This document shows, piece by piece, positions 19,706-28,799 of a stretch of DNA of 64,000 nucleotides. The position numbers and the translations under genes were made by a program. The number at the start of each line of letters is the position of its first letter. Within the stretch, counting starts at the first letter, position 1. This stretch comes from Candidatus Aminicenantes bacterium (GTDB taxonomy: Bacteria > Acidobacteriota > Aminicenantia > Aminicenantales > Aminicenantaceae), in contig JAOUKO010000001.1 of NCBI GenBank assembly GCA_029882525.1, positions 241 to 64,240 of the forward strand, given 5' to 3'. The notes beneath the pieces are model-generated. The model did no database searches. It saw only the letters and a list, made by a program, of their open reading frames with translations, and had not been told where the DNA came from.

Positions 19706-20533
19706 ATGAAACCCGGTGAGTACTTGATGGTTTCAGAAGAAGCCGCACGGAAAGCAGGCAGGCTGCTTAAAGAGAATATAAACAAGTCAAATGAAATATT
19801 TTATAAAGGTGCTGTTGACCTTGTGACTCCTTTCGACACCAAGGCCCAGAGGACGATTTTTGACCATCTGTCCTCCTTTTTCCCTGATCATGATTATCTC
19901 GCAGAGGAAGGATTGAGCCAAAATAAGGGAGCAGAGACGCGCTGGATAATCGATCCTCTGGATGGCACCACAAACTACGCTCACCACTATCCGGTGTTCA
20001 CCATATCCATCGCCTTGGAAAGAAAATCTAAAATCGTCATGGGATTGGTTTATGATCCCATGAGGGAAGAAATGTTCTCGGCGCTTAAAGGAAAAGGGGC
20101 CTTCCTCAACGGAAAGAAAATCAGTGTTTCGGATATAGACGAGTTGGACAAGAGCCTCCTGGCAACAGGCTTTCCCTATGATGTTCGCGTCAGCCAGGAG
20201 AACAACATCTCTCATTTTAATAATTTTATTATTCGAGCCCAGGGGATCAGGCGCTGTGGCTCAGCAGCCATGGACCTCTGTTATGTGGCCTGCGGGCGGT
20301 ATGATGGCTTCTGGGAATTGAAGCTTAAGCCCTGGGATATGGCTGCGGGAACCCTTATCGTTCAGGAAGCAGGAGGACAGGTGTCGGACTTCAGGGGTGG
20401 TGTGTTCAGCGTTTTCGGCTCCGAGATTTTGGCCACAAACGGGTCTATACACCAACAGATGGTGGATATCCTGGAGCTGAAAGAATTCCGGCCGTTAAAC
20501 AAAAAACAAGAGCCTGAGGCGGAAAATGAATAA
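19706..20533 (+). CDS. inositol monophosphatase family protein (SuhB-like)
   Basis: EEG motif region, DPLDGT, WDMAAG motifs of the IMPase/FIG superfamily. Confidence 0.75.
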   Translation: MKPGEYLMVSEEAARKAGRLLKENINKSNEIFYKGAVDLVTPFDTKAQRTIFDHLSSFFPDHDYLAEEGLSQNKGAETRWIIDPLDGTTNYAHHYPVFTISIALERKSKIVMGLVYDPMREEMFSALKGKGAFLNGKKISVSDIDELDKSLLATGFPYDVRVSQENNISHFNNFIIRAQGIRRCGSAAMDLCYVACGRYDGFWELKLKPWDMAAGTLIVQEAGGQVSDFRGGVFSVFGSEILATNGSIHQQMVDILELKEFRPLNKKQEPEAENE

Positions 20534-20578
20534 CTCTTGAGTTGACTCGATGAGATAAATAGAATACAAAAAAAGCAG

Positions 20579-21958
20579 ATGAGGAAAGAGAAAAAAATGA
20601 GGATGAAACCCGGAAGGAGAAAAGGCAAGCTCCTCTCTCTGGGCTTATGGATGTCCGGCCTTTTTGTATTCGCATCTTTTTTATTGATCGGCTTGGCTCC
20701 GGGTCAGGGCCTCAGCTCGAATCCGCAGGAAGAGGAGAGCGAAAGGGAATTCGATTTTATTCCTGAGAGAGATGAGATCATCTATGCCCGGAGAATCGCA
20801 GCTGGGATAGAAGAGGAGGCAGACGTCATAAAAAATGAATCCTTGAATGACTTCCTGGAAGGAATCGGGAGAAGAATTGTTGACCAGAACAACCTCAAGG
20901 AGCTGGTCGGGGATTGGGAGTGGTCTTTCAGGATCATCGATACTCCAGGTATGAATGCTTTCGTCACCCTAGGAGGGCAGGTCTTTGTGAGCAGCGACCT
21001 GGTTGAGGCCATGGAGACAGAGTCCGAGCTGGCCGCGGTTCTGGCTTTTGAGCTGGGGCATCTCGCTGCCCGTCATATTCATCAGCACATTTTCGAGAGG
21101 CTGACTCGACAGAGTGATTTCTTACCTGAGGAGACAATCAGCGGTGAGAGAGGCTGGGAGATTCTTTCCAGGATTTTCATGTCTGAAGGAGGCATCCTGG
21201 CCTTTTTTTCAGGACTGCAACACAACTCTCTCCAGGTAGAGAAGGCCGATGAGCTCTCTCTCTTAAGCTGCTTCAATGCTGAGTACAATCCCCAAGACCT
21301 TCTTATCTTGCTCAGCCGGATGGGAAGAAGAGAAAGGCCGCTATCTCCCTGGTTGAGGAGGAATCCCTGGAGCGAGAAAAGACGAAGGGAGATGTCCTCC
21401 AGCCTGAGTATGCTTCCGTCTTCCACCTTTCCGACCGAGCCTTCAAGGTTCAGGGAATTCAAATCCTTGCTCAGGTCGTTGGCCAGCCTTTCCCTTCGGC
21501 GTGACCTGCGTATGCCTCAATCAGGCAGAGAAATATTCCTGGATGTCACCGTGATGGGCAACAAGGACTGGACGGATACCGGCGTTGAGGTCTATGAAGG
21601 ACAGGAAATTTCATTCCAGGCCTTCGGGACCATATACCTCCAGAAGGGGAATCCCGCCCGCTGCAGTCCGGACGGTTATGACCTCAGGACAATGCAACAG
21701 CCGTTTCCCGATAGAAACATTGGGGCCCTTATCGGCAAAGTGGCTGTTCTCATTTCCATGGAGGTCGATGAGGAATCAGGAAAAGAGACTCGTTACGAGA
21801 TCAAGGAGAAGTTTTTTATCGGAGCAGAGAGTCAGATGAGAATGCCCATCAGCGGACGGCTTTTTCTGGGGATCAACGAGAACCTTGTGGGCGATAATGA
21901 CGGGGCCTTCAGTGTCAGTATCGTTTCTGTGCCTGTCAGGCAGAATCCTTCCCGTTAG
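20579..21958 (+). CDS. M48-like metallopeptidase homolog with degenerate zinc motif (FELGH) plus C-terminal PA-IL-lectin-like beta domain
   Basis: Signal/TM anchor; M48 (BepA/HtpX-like) core with FELGHLAARH where HEXXH is expected, EKADELS third-ligand region; C-terminus ...ALIGKV...GAFSVSIVSV resembles PA-IL/LecA fold. Confidence 0.5.
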   Translation: MRKEKKMRMKPGRRKGKLLSLGLWMSGLFVFASFLLIGLAPGQGLSSNPQEEESEREFDFIPERDEIIYARRIAAGIEEEADVIKNESLNDFLEGIGRRIVDQNNLKELVGDWEWSFRIIDTPGMNAFVTLGGQVFVSSDLVEAMETESELAAVLAFELGHLAARHIHQHIFERLTRQSDFLPEETISGERGWEILSRIFMSEGGILAFFSGLQHNSLQVEKADELSLLSCFNAEYNPQDLLILLSRMGRRERPLSPWLRRNPWSEKRRREMSSSLSMLPSSTFPTEPSRFREFKSLLRSLASLSLRRDLRMPQSGREIFLDVTVMGNKDWTDTGVEVYEGQEISFQAFGTIYLQKGNPARCSPDGYDLRTMQQPFPDRNIGALIGKVAVLISMEVDEESGKETRYEIKEKFFIGAESQMRMPISGRLFLGINENLVGDNDGAFSVSIVSVPVRQNPSR

Positions 21959-23297
21959 ATTTTTTCTTGAGGAACTTTTCCATGAACTGGATGTCGTAGT
22001 TTCCTCTGACAAAGTCCGAGTTGGAGAGAATACTCAAGTGGAGGGGGATGTTCGTCTTGATGCCCACGACAATGGTTGTTTCCAGAGCAGTGAACATTTT
22101 CTTTATCGCTTCTTTTCGTGAAGGCGCCCTAACGATGATCTTAGCCACAAGGGAGTCATAATCAGGGGGAATCTGCCAGCTGCTGTAGGCGGCGGAGTCC
22201 ACCCGTACTCCTTCGCCTCCCGGGAGCACCAGGAACTCGATTTTCCCGGGGGAAGGGATAAAGTTTTCTGGGTCTTCGGCATTTATCCGGCATTCTATGC
22301 TGTGGCCGCTCAGCTTTGTATCATGGGGGATGGAGAGCTTTTCCCCTGCAGCGATTTTAATCTGTTCCTTGATCAGGTCGATATCGTAAACCATTTCTGT
22401 GATCGGGTGTTCGACTTGGACTCGGGTATTCGCTTCCATGAAATAGAAATGTTTGTTGTCGTCCACCAGGAATTCAAACGTCCCCAGACTCTCATAGCCT
22501 ATGAACTGAGCTGCGTCTTGGACGGCTTTGGTGAGCTTTCTCCGGAATTTCTCGTCTATGAAAGGCGAAGGCGTCTCCTCCAGGAGCTTCTGGTACTTTC
22601 TCTGGATGGAACATTCCCTTTCTCCGAAGGCGAGGATGTTCCCTTTTTTATCGCCGATGACCTGGACTTCAATGTGATGGGCTCCAGGGATCACTTTTTC
22701 TATATAGAGAGAAGGATCTCCGAAAGCGGCCTTAGCCTCGTTCTGGGAGATGGAAAATTGCTCCTCCAGCTTGACTGCTGAGCGGACGATTCTCATCCCC
22801 TTCCCGCCTCCCCCGGCTGCTGGCTTGAGAATAATGGGATAGCCGATTTTTTGAGCGATGCTCTTGGCTTCAGCAAAGTCTTCGATAATGGTATCACTGC
22901 CTGGGATAATCGGCAGTTTGGCCGCCCTCATCTCCTGGCGGGCTCTGTTCTTGTCGCCCATCAGCCTGATGAGAGATGCCGAGGGGCCGATAAAGGTGAT
23001 TCCGTGGGTTTCACAGGTTTCAGGGAAACGGGGGTTTTCGGCCAAGAAGCCGTAGCCCGGATGAATGGCGTCAGATTTTGTGATCTCAGCCGCACTGAGG
23101 AGGTTGGGAATGTTGAGGTAGCTTTCCGAGGCTTTGGCTGGTCCGATGCAGATTTTTTCATCGGCAAACATGGTGTGAAGGCCGTTCTTGTCCGGTTCAG
23201 AATAGACGGCAACGGTCTTCAAGCCCATTTCCCGGGCAGCACGGATTATCCGCAGGGATATCTCACCCCGATTGGCGACTAAGATCTTTGAGAACAT
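21936..23297 (-). CDS. accC: acetyl-CoA carboxylase biotin carboxylase subunit
   Basis: 453 aa; ATP-grasp motifs, KILVANRGEI, GGGGKGMR, EMNTR-like region. Confidence 0.9.
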   Translation of the reverse strand: MFSKILVANRGEISLRIIRAAREMGLKTVAVYSEPDKNGLHTMFADEKICIGPAKASESYLNIPNLLSAAEITKSDAIHPGYGFLAENPRFPETCETHGITFIGPSASLIRLMGDKNRARQEMRAAKLPIIPGSDTIIEDFAEAKSIAQKIGYPIILKPAAGGGGKGMRIVRSAVKLEEQFSISQNEAKAAFGDPSLYIEKVIPGAHHIEVQVIGDKKGNILAFGERECSIQRKYQKLLEETPSPFIDEKFRRKLTKAVQDAAQFIGYESLGTFEFLVDDNKHFYFMEANTRVQVEHPITEMVYDIDLIKEQIKIAAGEKLSIPHDTKLSGHSIECRINAEDPENFIPSPGKIEFLVLPGGEGVRVDSAAYSSWQIPPDYDSLVAKIIVRAPSRKEAIKKMFTALETTIVVGIKTNIPLHLSILSNSDFVRGNYDIQFMEKFLKKKSNGKDSA

Positions 23298-23303
23298 AGG
23301 TGG

Positions 23304-23795
23304 TCAGGAGAGTGGTTTGATCGAGAATAGCTTCTGCCCGTATTCGACGGGTTTCCCGTTTTCGACGTATACTTCTTCGAGTACTCCGTCCAACTCTGAC
23401 TCGATTTCATTCATCAGCTTCATGGCCTCGATAATGCAGAGGGTCTGGTTTTTCTTTATCTGATCTCCCTCCTCAACGAAAGGAGAAGAAGATGGATCAG
23501 AAGCGCGGTAGAAAGTTCCGACCATGGGCGAGGTGATGTAATAGATGTCATTCTTTCCCTTTTCCAGCTCCGTTTCTTGAGGAAGCGCCGTCTCTTCTGC
23601 CTTGGGTTCTCCGGATTCCTGGAGGGGGATGGCCGTTTCTGAAGGAGGAAGGATGCTCGGGTTTCTGCTGACCTTGACTTTCAACCCCTCCACTTCCAGC
23701 TCAAAATGGGATAATTTCTTCTCTTCCATGAATTGGACAAGCTTGTTTATTTCTTTGTAATCTATTTTCGGGCTCATTTTTCCTCTCCTCTGCAA
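23304..23795 (-). CDS. accB: biotin carboxyl carrier protein
   Basis: C-terminal biotinyl domain with EAMKLMNEI (AMKM lysine motif); directly upstream of accC. Confidence 0.85.
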   Translation of the reverse strand: MQRRGKMSPKIDYKEINKLVQFMEEKKLSHFELEVEGLKVKVSRNPSILPPSETAIPLQESGEPKAEETALPQETELEKGKNDIYYITSPMVGTFYRASDPSSSPFVEEGDQIKKNQTLCIIEAMKLMNEIESELDGVLEEVYVENGKPVEYGQKLFSIKPLS

Positions 23796-23904
23796 TCAGG
23801 AGTGAGAAGCTTCTTCTATAAAAAAGAAATGGAAAAAATTATTACTACCTTAATCGCAATCATCAGAAATGTCAAGTTGAGGCATTGGCATGTCAGCATC
23901 TCTC

Positions 23905-24156
23905 TCTCCTTGACAGCTGATTATGAAGGTGTAGTCGTTAGCAGCGCCGGTTCCCCTCCATTCAAGCCAAAATCCTTCCCTCCTTCATGGGCTTCGGATG
24001 GAGAGGAACCGCCGCCGCCCTTCTCAACTCATATTAATGCAATCATTCGTTTGACATCCTCTACTGAGTGGACCTGGATGCCGCACAGAGATTGTAACCT
24101 TATTTACTGCGTTTACATGAGGCCAGATGGTTCTCTCACCAGGGAAATGCTTCCGA
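23905..24156 (+). repeat. Family-A element copy 4 with truncated B-module insertion (approx 24037-24113)
   Basis: Hairpin arms ccggttcccctccattc / ggatggagaggaaccg; B-module ends catattaatgcaat...ttactgcgtttacat inserted at same point as in the 11779-12140 copy. Confidence 0.75.
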
Positions 24157-24362
24157 TTCGCATTTCAAGATTCCCGATCATGCTCTCTTCGCTTGTGACT
24201 TCAGGTTGGATTGACTTTGAATCGATCATCGCGTAACATGAGTGGGAGTCAGGTTTCGGGGCTACACTGGGATCAGTCCTTATCATCCAGAAGCCTGGAA
24301 ACTCAGCGCCTGATAAGGTGTTGACTTTATCGGCCAAGCCCGACCTCAACGGAGATAAAAGG

Positions 24363-25694
24363 ATGTTTGATCAGTTGTCGAGCCGTCTTCAAAAAGTGAT
24401 GAAGTTTCTCCGAGGTGAGGGGAAAATCACTGAAAAAAATATGGCTGAAGCGCTCAAGATGATTCGTATGGGCTTTCTGGAGGCTGATGTCAATTATCGG
24501 GTGGTGAAAGAGTTTGAGGAAAGCATCAAGGTCAAGGCTTTGGATCAGAAAGTCCTCATGAGCCTGACTCCGGCCCAGCAGGTCATCAAGATCGTTAGGG
24601 ATGAGCTGACTTTCCTCTTGGGACAGGATGTTAAAAAGCTGACATTTGCCAGCCATCCTCCCTCCATCTTCATGCTGGTCGGGCTTCAGGGCTCGGGCAA
24701 AACCACTACCTGTGGCAAGCTGGGCAAGTGGGTACTGACTTTAAAGAAGAGTCCTCTTCTCGTTTCTTTCGACCTGAAAAGGCTGGCTGCTCAGGAGCAG
24801 TTGAAGATGATCGCCAGCATGCTCAAACTTCCTTTTTATGAGATGACCAAGGAGCAAATGGCTTCACCTTCTGATGCGCTTAAAGAGCTATTGAAGTTCA
24901 CTGAGAACAGAGGTTATGACACCCTGATCGTGGATACTGCCGGGAGACTCCATATTGATGAAGAGCTCATGAATGAGCTCTGGATGGTGAAAGATGTTCT
25001 CAAGCCCACTGAGTTGATCTATGTGGGAGATTCTATGACTGGTCAGGATGCTGTGAAAAGCGCCCAGCTTTTCGAGGAAAAAATAGGGTTGACATCGGTC
25101 ATTTTGAGCAAGCTAGACGGAGACGCCAGGGGGGGTGCTGCCCTGTCCATCGTGTCCGTGACCGGGAAGCCCATCAAATTTATCGGGGTAGGTGAGAAGT
25201 TCGACAAACTCGAGGTTTTTCACCCAGACCGGATGGCATCACGAATACTGGGGATGGGAGACATCTTGAGCTTAATCGAGAAGGCTGAGGAAGAAGCTGA
25301 CCTGGAAGAGGCAGAAGCCCTGGCTCGCAAGTTGAAAAGACAGGAACTGACCTTCGAAGACTTTAAAAAACAGCTTGTTCAGATGAAAAAAATGGGATCT
25401 TTGTCCCAATTCTTGAATCTTTTGCCTCAAAGCGGACCTTTTAAGAAGATGGCCCAGGTCAGCATCGATGACAGGAAGATAATTCATTTCGAAGCCATCA
25501 TCAACTCGATGACCAAGGAAGAGAGAGAAAACCCGAAAATAATAGACGGGAGCCGCCGATCCAGGATAGCAAAGGGCAGCGGGAGGCCTGTTTCTGAAGT
25601 CAACCAGTTGCTGAAGCAGTTTGCCGAGATGAAAAAAATGATGAAAAGATCTCAATTCCAAAAGCTTATTTCTTCTTTACCCTCATCTCATTAG
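24363..25694 (+). CDS. ffh: signal recognition particle protein Ffh
   Basis: N domain MFDQLS.RLQ, G domain GLQGSGKTT, DTAGR, M domain Met-rich C-terminus; upstream in-frame Met at 24318 less likely. Confidence 0.9.
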   Translation: MFDQLSSRLQKVMKFLRGEGKITEKNMAEALKMIRMGFLEADVNYRVVKEFEESIKVKALDQKVLMSLTPAQQVIKIVRDELTFLLGQDVKKLTFASHPPSIFMLVGLQGSGKTTTCGKLGKWVLTLKKSPLLVSFDLKRLAAQEQLKMIASMLKLPFYEMTKEQMASPSDALKELLKFTENRGYDTLIVDTAGRLHIDEELMNELWMVKDVLKPTELIYVGDSMTGQDAVKSAQLFEEKIGLTSVILSKLDGDARGGAALSIVSVTGKPIKFIGVGEKFDKLEVFHPDRMASRILGMGDILSLIEKAEEEADLEEAEALARKLKRQELTFEDFKKQLVQMKKMGSLSQFLNLLPQSGPFKKMAQVSIDDRKIIHFEAIINSMTKEERENPKIIDGSRRSRIAKGSGRPVSEVNQLLKQFAEMKKMMKRSQFQKLISSLPSSH

Positions 25695-25734
25695 AAAACC
25701 TCTCCAACTCCGTAATAACGATCACACATAAAGG

Positions 25735-25825
25735 TGAGGGCTAAAGGTTCGGAAGCACGCTGATTTTCCCCAGCGAGCGGAAGCGAGCGTTGGAAGGGGG
25801 AAATCAGTTCCCCCTCCAAGTTGAC
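25735..25825. repeat. Family-B MITE internal fragment
   Basis: gcgagcggaagcgagcgttggaagggggaaatcagttccccctccaag matches 31978-32030 core including the ggaaggggg/ccccctcc hairpin. Confidence 0.5.
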
Positions 25826-25879
25826 TTTAGCTGAAAATTTTTATATTATCACACTTCATCTTAAAGAAAGTGGTTTAAA

Positions 25880-26149
25880 ATGATTTCAATACGACTTATG
25901 CGACTTGGAGCGAAGAAAAAACCTTTTTATCGAATCGTCGCTGTTGATTCGAGAAAACCGAGAGAGAGCAAAGCGAAGGATATTCTCGGTTATTATAATC
26001 CATTAAAGGAACCTCCTGAGATCGAGGTCGATCTGGAAAAAACAAATTATTGGCTGGAAAGAGGAGCTCAAGCTTCCAAAACAGTTCGTTCTCTTTTAAA
26101 TAAAGTCTCCAAGACTGAGAAAATTTCCAATCAACATTCTAAAACTTAA
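25880..26149 (+). CDS. rpsP: 30S ribosomal protein S16
   Basis: [25 protein letters not shown]... canonical S16 N-terminus. Confidence 0.9.
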   Translation: MISIRLMRLGAKKKPFYRIVAVDSRKPRESKAKDILGYYNPLKEPPEIEVDLEKTNYWLERGAQASKTVRSLLNKVSKTEKISNQHSKT

Positions 26150-26160
26150 AGGAGGTTACA

Positions 26161-26397
26161 GTGAAAGAACTCGTAGAATTGATTGCCAAATCGTTAGTTG
26201 ACAATCCGGAAAAGGTACAGGTTTCCCAGCTCGAAGGGGAACAGACCACAATTTTGGAACTCAAGGTTGCTCCGGAAGATTTGGGAAAGGTTATCGGCAA
26301 ACAGGGAAGAACAGCACGGGCCATAAGAATCATTCTCGGTGCTGCAGGAATGAAGTTGAAGAGGAGATTTAATCTCGAGATAATCGAAAAAGGGTAG
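26161..26397 (+). CDS. KH-domain RNA-binding protein (YlqC/UPF0109 family)
   Basis: 78 aa; [19 protein letters not shown] loop; conserved position between rpsP and rimM. Confidence 0.7.
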   Translation: MKELVELIAKSLVDNPEKVQVSQLEGEQTTILELKVAPEDLGKVIGKQGRTARAIRIILGAAGMKLKRRFNLEIIEKG

Positions 26398-26398
26398 C

Positions 26399-26906
26399 TT
26401 GATCACTATAGGGAAATTTATCAGGATCCAAGGCAAGAGGGGCGAATTAAGGTTCAAGCCTTATTTCGAACACTCCCTGAAACATTTTTTTTTCAAGGGT
26501 ATTCCTTCAGGTCAAAGGATCTTTTAAAGAATATCGAGTTGAATCCTTACGCTCCTATAAGGAGTTTTATAGAATCAAGCTTGAGGGAATAGACACCCTT
26601 CCCCAGGCACGTGAGATGGTCGGTCTGGAAGTCCTGCTTCCAGATGAAGGGTTCCAGGATCTCGAAGAAGATAATTACTACGTCTTTCAGATTATCGGCT
26701 GCTCTGTTGTCACCAAAAGCGGAGAGGAAGTCGGAACAGTCACAAATTTATGGCTTGTCCCAGAGAATGACCTTCTCGTTGTGACAAAAGGAAAGACAGA
26801 GATCCTCATCCCCTTTTCGCATTCTGTGTGTTTAGAAGTCGACCTGGAGCTGAAGAAAATCAAGATTGACCCGCCTGAGGGTCTTTTAGACTTGAATGAG
26901 ATTTGA
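26399..26906 (+). CDS. rimM: 16S rRNA processing protein RimM, interrupted by +1 frame change in T9 run (26485-26493)
   Basis: TTG start; N-terminal part IGKFIRIQGKRGELRF reads in frame 2 to 26527; C-terminal PRC-barrel part (...KEYRVESLRSYKEFYRIKLEGIDTLPQAREMVGLEVLLP...) reads in frame 0 from 26481; removing one T restores a full RimM. Confidence 0.7.
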
Positions 26907-27648
26907 TATAATCACCATATTCCCCGAAATTTTTGGAAGCGTTTTCTCTGGAGGAATAATAAATAAAGCCCTGGAGAAGGGCTTGATTGAAGTGCGTGTT
27001 CACGATTTGAGGGCATTCACCCTCGACAAGCACAAACAGGTGGATGACCGCCCTTATGGAGGCGGCCAGGGCATGGTCCTGAAGCCAGAGCCGATATTCG
27101 TTGCTGTAGAGAAGATCAGGCAGAACGAGGAAACGCCGGTATACCTTCTTTCACCGCAGGGAAGAAAGCTCGATTTCCGGTTCGCAGAGGAGCTAGCCCA
27201 GAGGAAGCAGATTATCCTTATCTGCGGCCGCTATGAAGGAGTCGATGAAAGAGTGATTCAGCACCTTGTGACTGGCGAGATTTGCATCGGTGATTACATC
27301 CTCACCGGAGGCGAGCCGGCGGCTTTTGTCGTTGTTGATGCAGTCTCAAGGTTTGTCCCCCGGGTAGTAGGGAAGGAAGATTCGGTGAAGGATGACTCAT
27401 TTTTTGATGGCCTCCTGGAGCATCCCCAGTACACGCGACCTCGTGACTTCAGAGGAATGAAAGTTCCAGAGGTCCTGTTCTCTGGGGACCATAAAAAGAT
27501 TGAGTCCTGGAGGAGAAGAAGATCTTTGGAAAAAACTTGGCGGATGAGACCCGATCTTTTGGGGGATCGGGCTTTATCTGGAGAAGAGAAGAAGATACTG
27601 AATGAAATAAAAACAGAAAAGAAAGGAAAGAGCGATGAACCTGATTGA
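26896..27648 (+). CDS. trmD: tRNA (guanine37-N1)-methyltransferase
   Basis: [21 protein letters not shown], trefoil-knot SPOUT motifs. Confidence 0.9.
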   Translation: MRFDIITIFPEIFGSVFSGGIINKALEKGLIEVRVHDLRAFTLDKHKQVDDRPYGGGQGMVLKPEPIFVAVEKIRQNEETPVYLLSPQGRKLDFRFAEELAQRKQIILICGRYEGVDERVIQHLVTGEICIGDYILTGGEPAAFVVVDAVSRFVPRVVGKEDSVKDDSFFDGLLEHPQYTRPRDFRGMKVPEVLFSGDHKKIESWRRRRSLEKTWRMRPDLLGDRALSGEEKKILNEIKTEKKGKSDEPD

Positions 27649-27994
27649 CTTGGTCGAAGAAAAACAGTCATCGAAGGATGCAGATTCCTTTAGGGTGGGA
27701 GATACGGTTAAAGTCCATGTGATCATCAGGGAAGGCGATAAAGAGAGAATTCAGATTTTCCAGGGAAACGTGATCGCCCAAAGAGGCACTGGACTAGGAG
27801 CGACATTCGCTGTGCGGAAGGTATCTTTCGGAATCGGGGTAGAAAGGATTTTTCCTGTTCATTCCAAAATGATCAAGAAGGTTGAGGTTGTGAGACATGG
27901 AAAGATCAGAAGAGCCAAATTATACTACCTTCGGAAGCTCAAGGGGAAAGCAGCCAAATTGAAGGAAAAGAGATATATAGAAGATCTAGAGTGA
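27635..27994 (+). CDS. rplS: 50S ribosomal protein L19
   Basis: FRVGDTVKV...IQIFQG.VIA..G....TF.VRK...G.GVER.FP.HSP canonical L19. Confidence 0.9.
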   Translation: MNLIDLVEEKQSSKDADSFRVGDTVKVHVIIREGDKERIQIFQGNVIAQRGTGLGATFAVRKVSFGIGVERIFPVHSKMIKKVEVVRHGKIRRAKLYYLRKLKGKAAKLKEKRYIEDLE

Positions 27995-28180
27995 TCGCGT
28001 TGTATAGGCAATAAGGAGTGGCTCGGGATCATCGGGAGCGCTCTTTTTGAGGGGAAAAAAGACTTTGCAATTAATAAAGGAAGGAGAAAGATTGAATCTT
28101 TGTCCCCAAGCATAAGGGCTTTTTCCTTTGTCCGTCGCACATCTCAGCGTTAAAACCATCTTTTCCTGCTAAGGTACCAG

Positions 28181-28798
28181 ATGGCAGATTTCAGGATTGA
28201 GAAGAGGATTCTGGGCCGGGGATTCAGAACTATAGCCGGTGTCGATGAGGTAGGAAGAGGAGCGCTTTTTGGTCCCGTTGTCTCTGCTGCTGTCATTCTC
28301 CCTGATGAGCTGATCAGGAAGAGGTTGTCTGGCTGGGTGAGGGAGGTCGATGACTCTAAAGTCATTTCCCCTGGCAAAAGATGGAGACTGGCCAGAGAGA
28401 TTCTTTTTCATGCTGTTTCAGTAGGAGTCGGTCTATGCTCGAATTTTGAGATAGATGAAGAGAATATTTACTGGGCTTCGATCTGCGCCATGAAGAGAGC
28501 TGTGGAGAATTTGTCTTGTGAACCGGATTTTGTCTTGGTTGACGGATTTGGCTTAAATAATGTAAAGTATCCTCAGATTTGTGTGCCCAGAGGCGATAAA
28601 AAGAGCACTTCAATCGCAGCCGCCTCCATCGTTGCGAAGGTTTTGAGAGACGAGATGATGATCCTTTTAGATAAAGTGTATGGAGGATATTTCTTATCCA
28701 AAAACAAAGGATACGGGACAGAAGAGCATTACAGAGCTTTGAGAGAAAAGGGGCCAACTCCATTGCACAGGTTCACTTTTAATCTCAGGTGTAAATAA
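28181..28798 (+). CDS. rnhB: ribonuclease HII
   Basis: IAGVDEVGRGALFGPVV catalytic DE motif, DDSK, KGY.TE.. Confidence 0.85.
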   Translation: MADFRIEKRILGRGFRTIAGVDEVGRGALFGPVVSAAVILPDELIRKRLSGWVREVDDSKVISPGKRWRLAREILFHAVSVGVGLCSNFEIDEENIYWASICAMKRAVENLSCEPDFVLVDGFGLNNVKYPQICVPRGDKKSTSIAAASIVAKVLRDEMMILLDKVYGGYFLSKNKGYGTEEHYRALREKGPTPLHRFTFNLRCK

Positions 28799-28799
28799 G

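Noticed and set aside
27995-28180. Possible terminator hairpin after rplS (ggctcgggatcatcgggagcgctcttttt)
   Set aside because: The stem is short and imperfect (direct rather than inverted repeat of cggga), so it is not convincing as a terminator.
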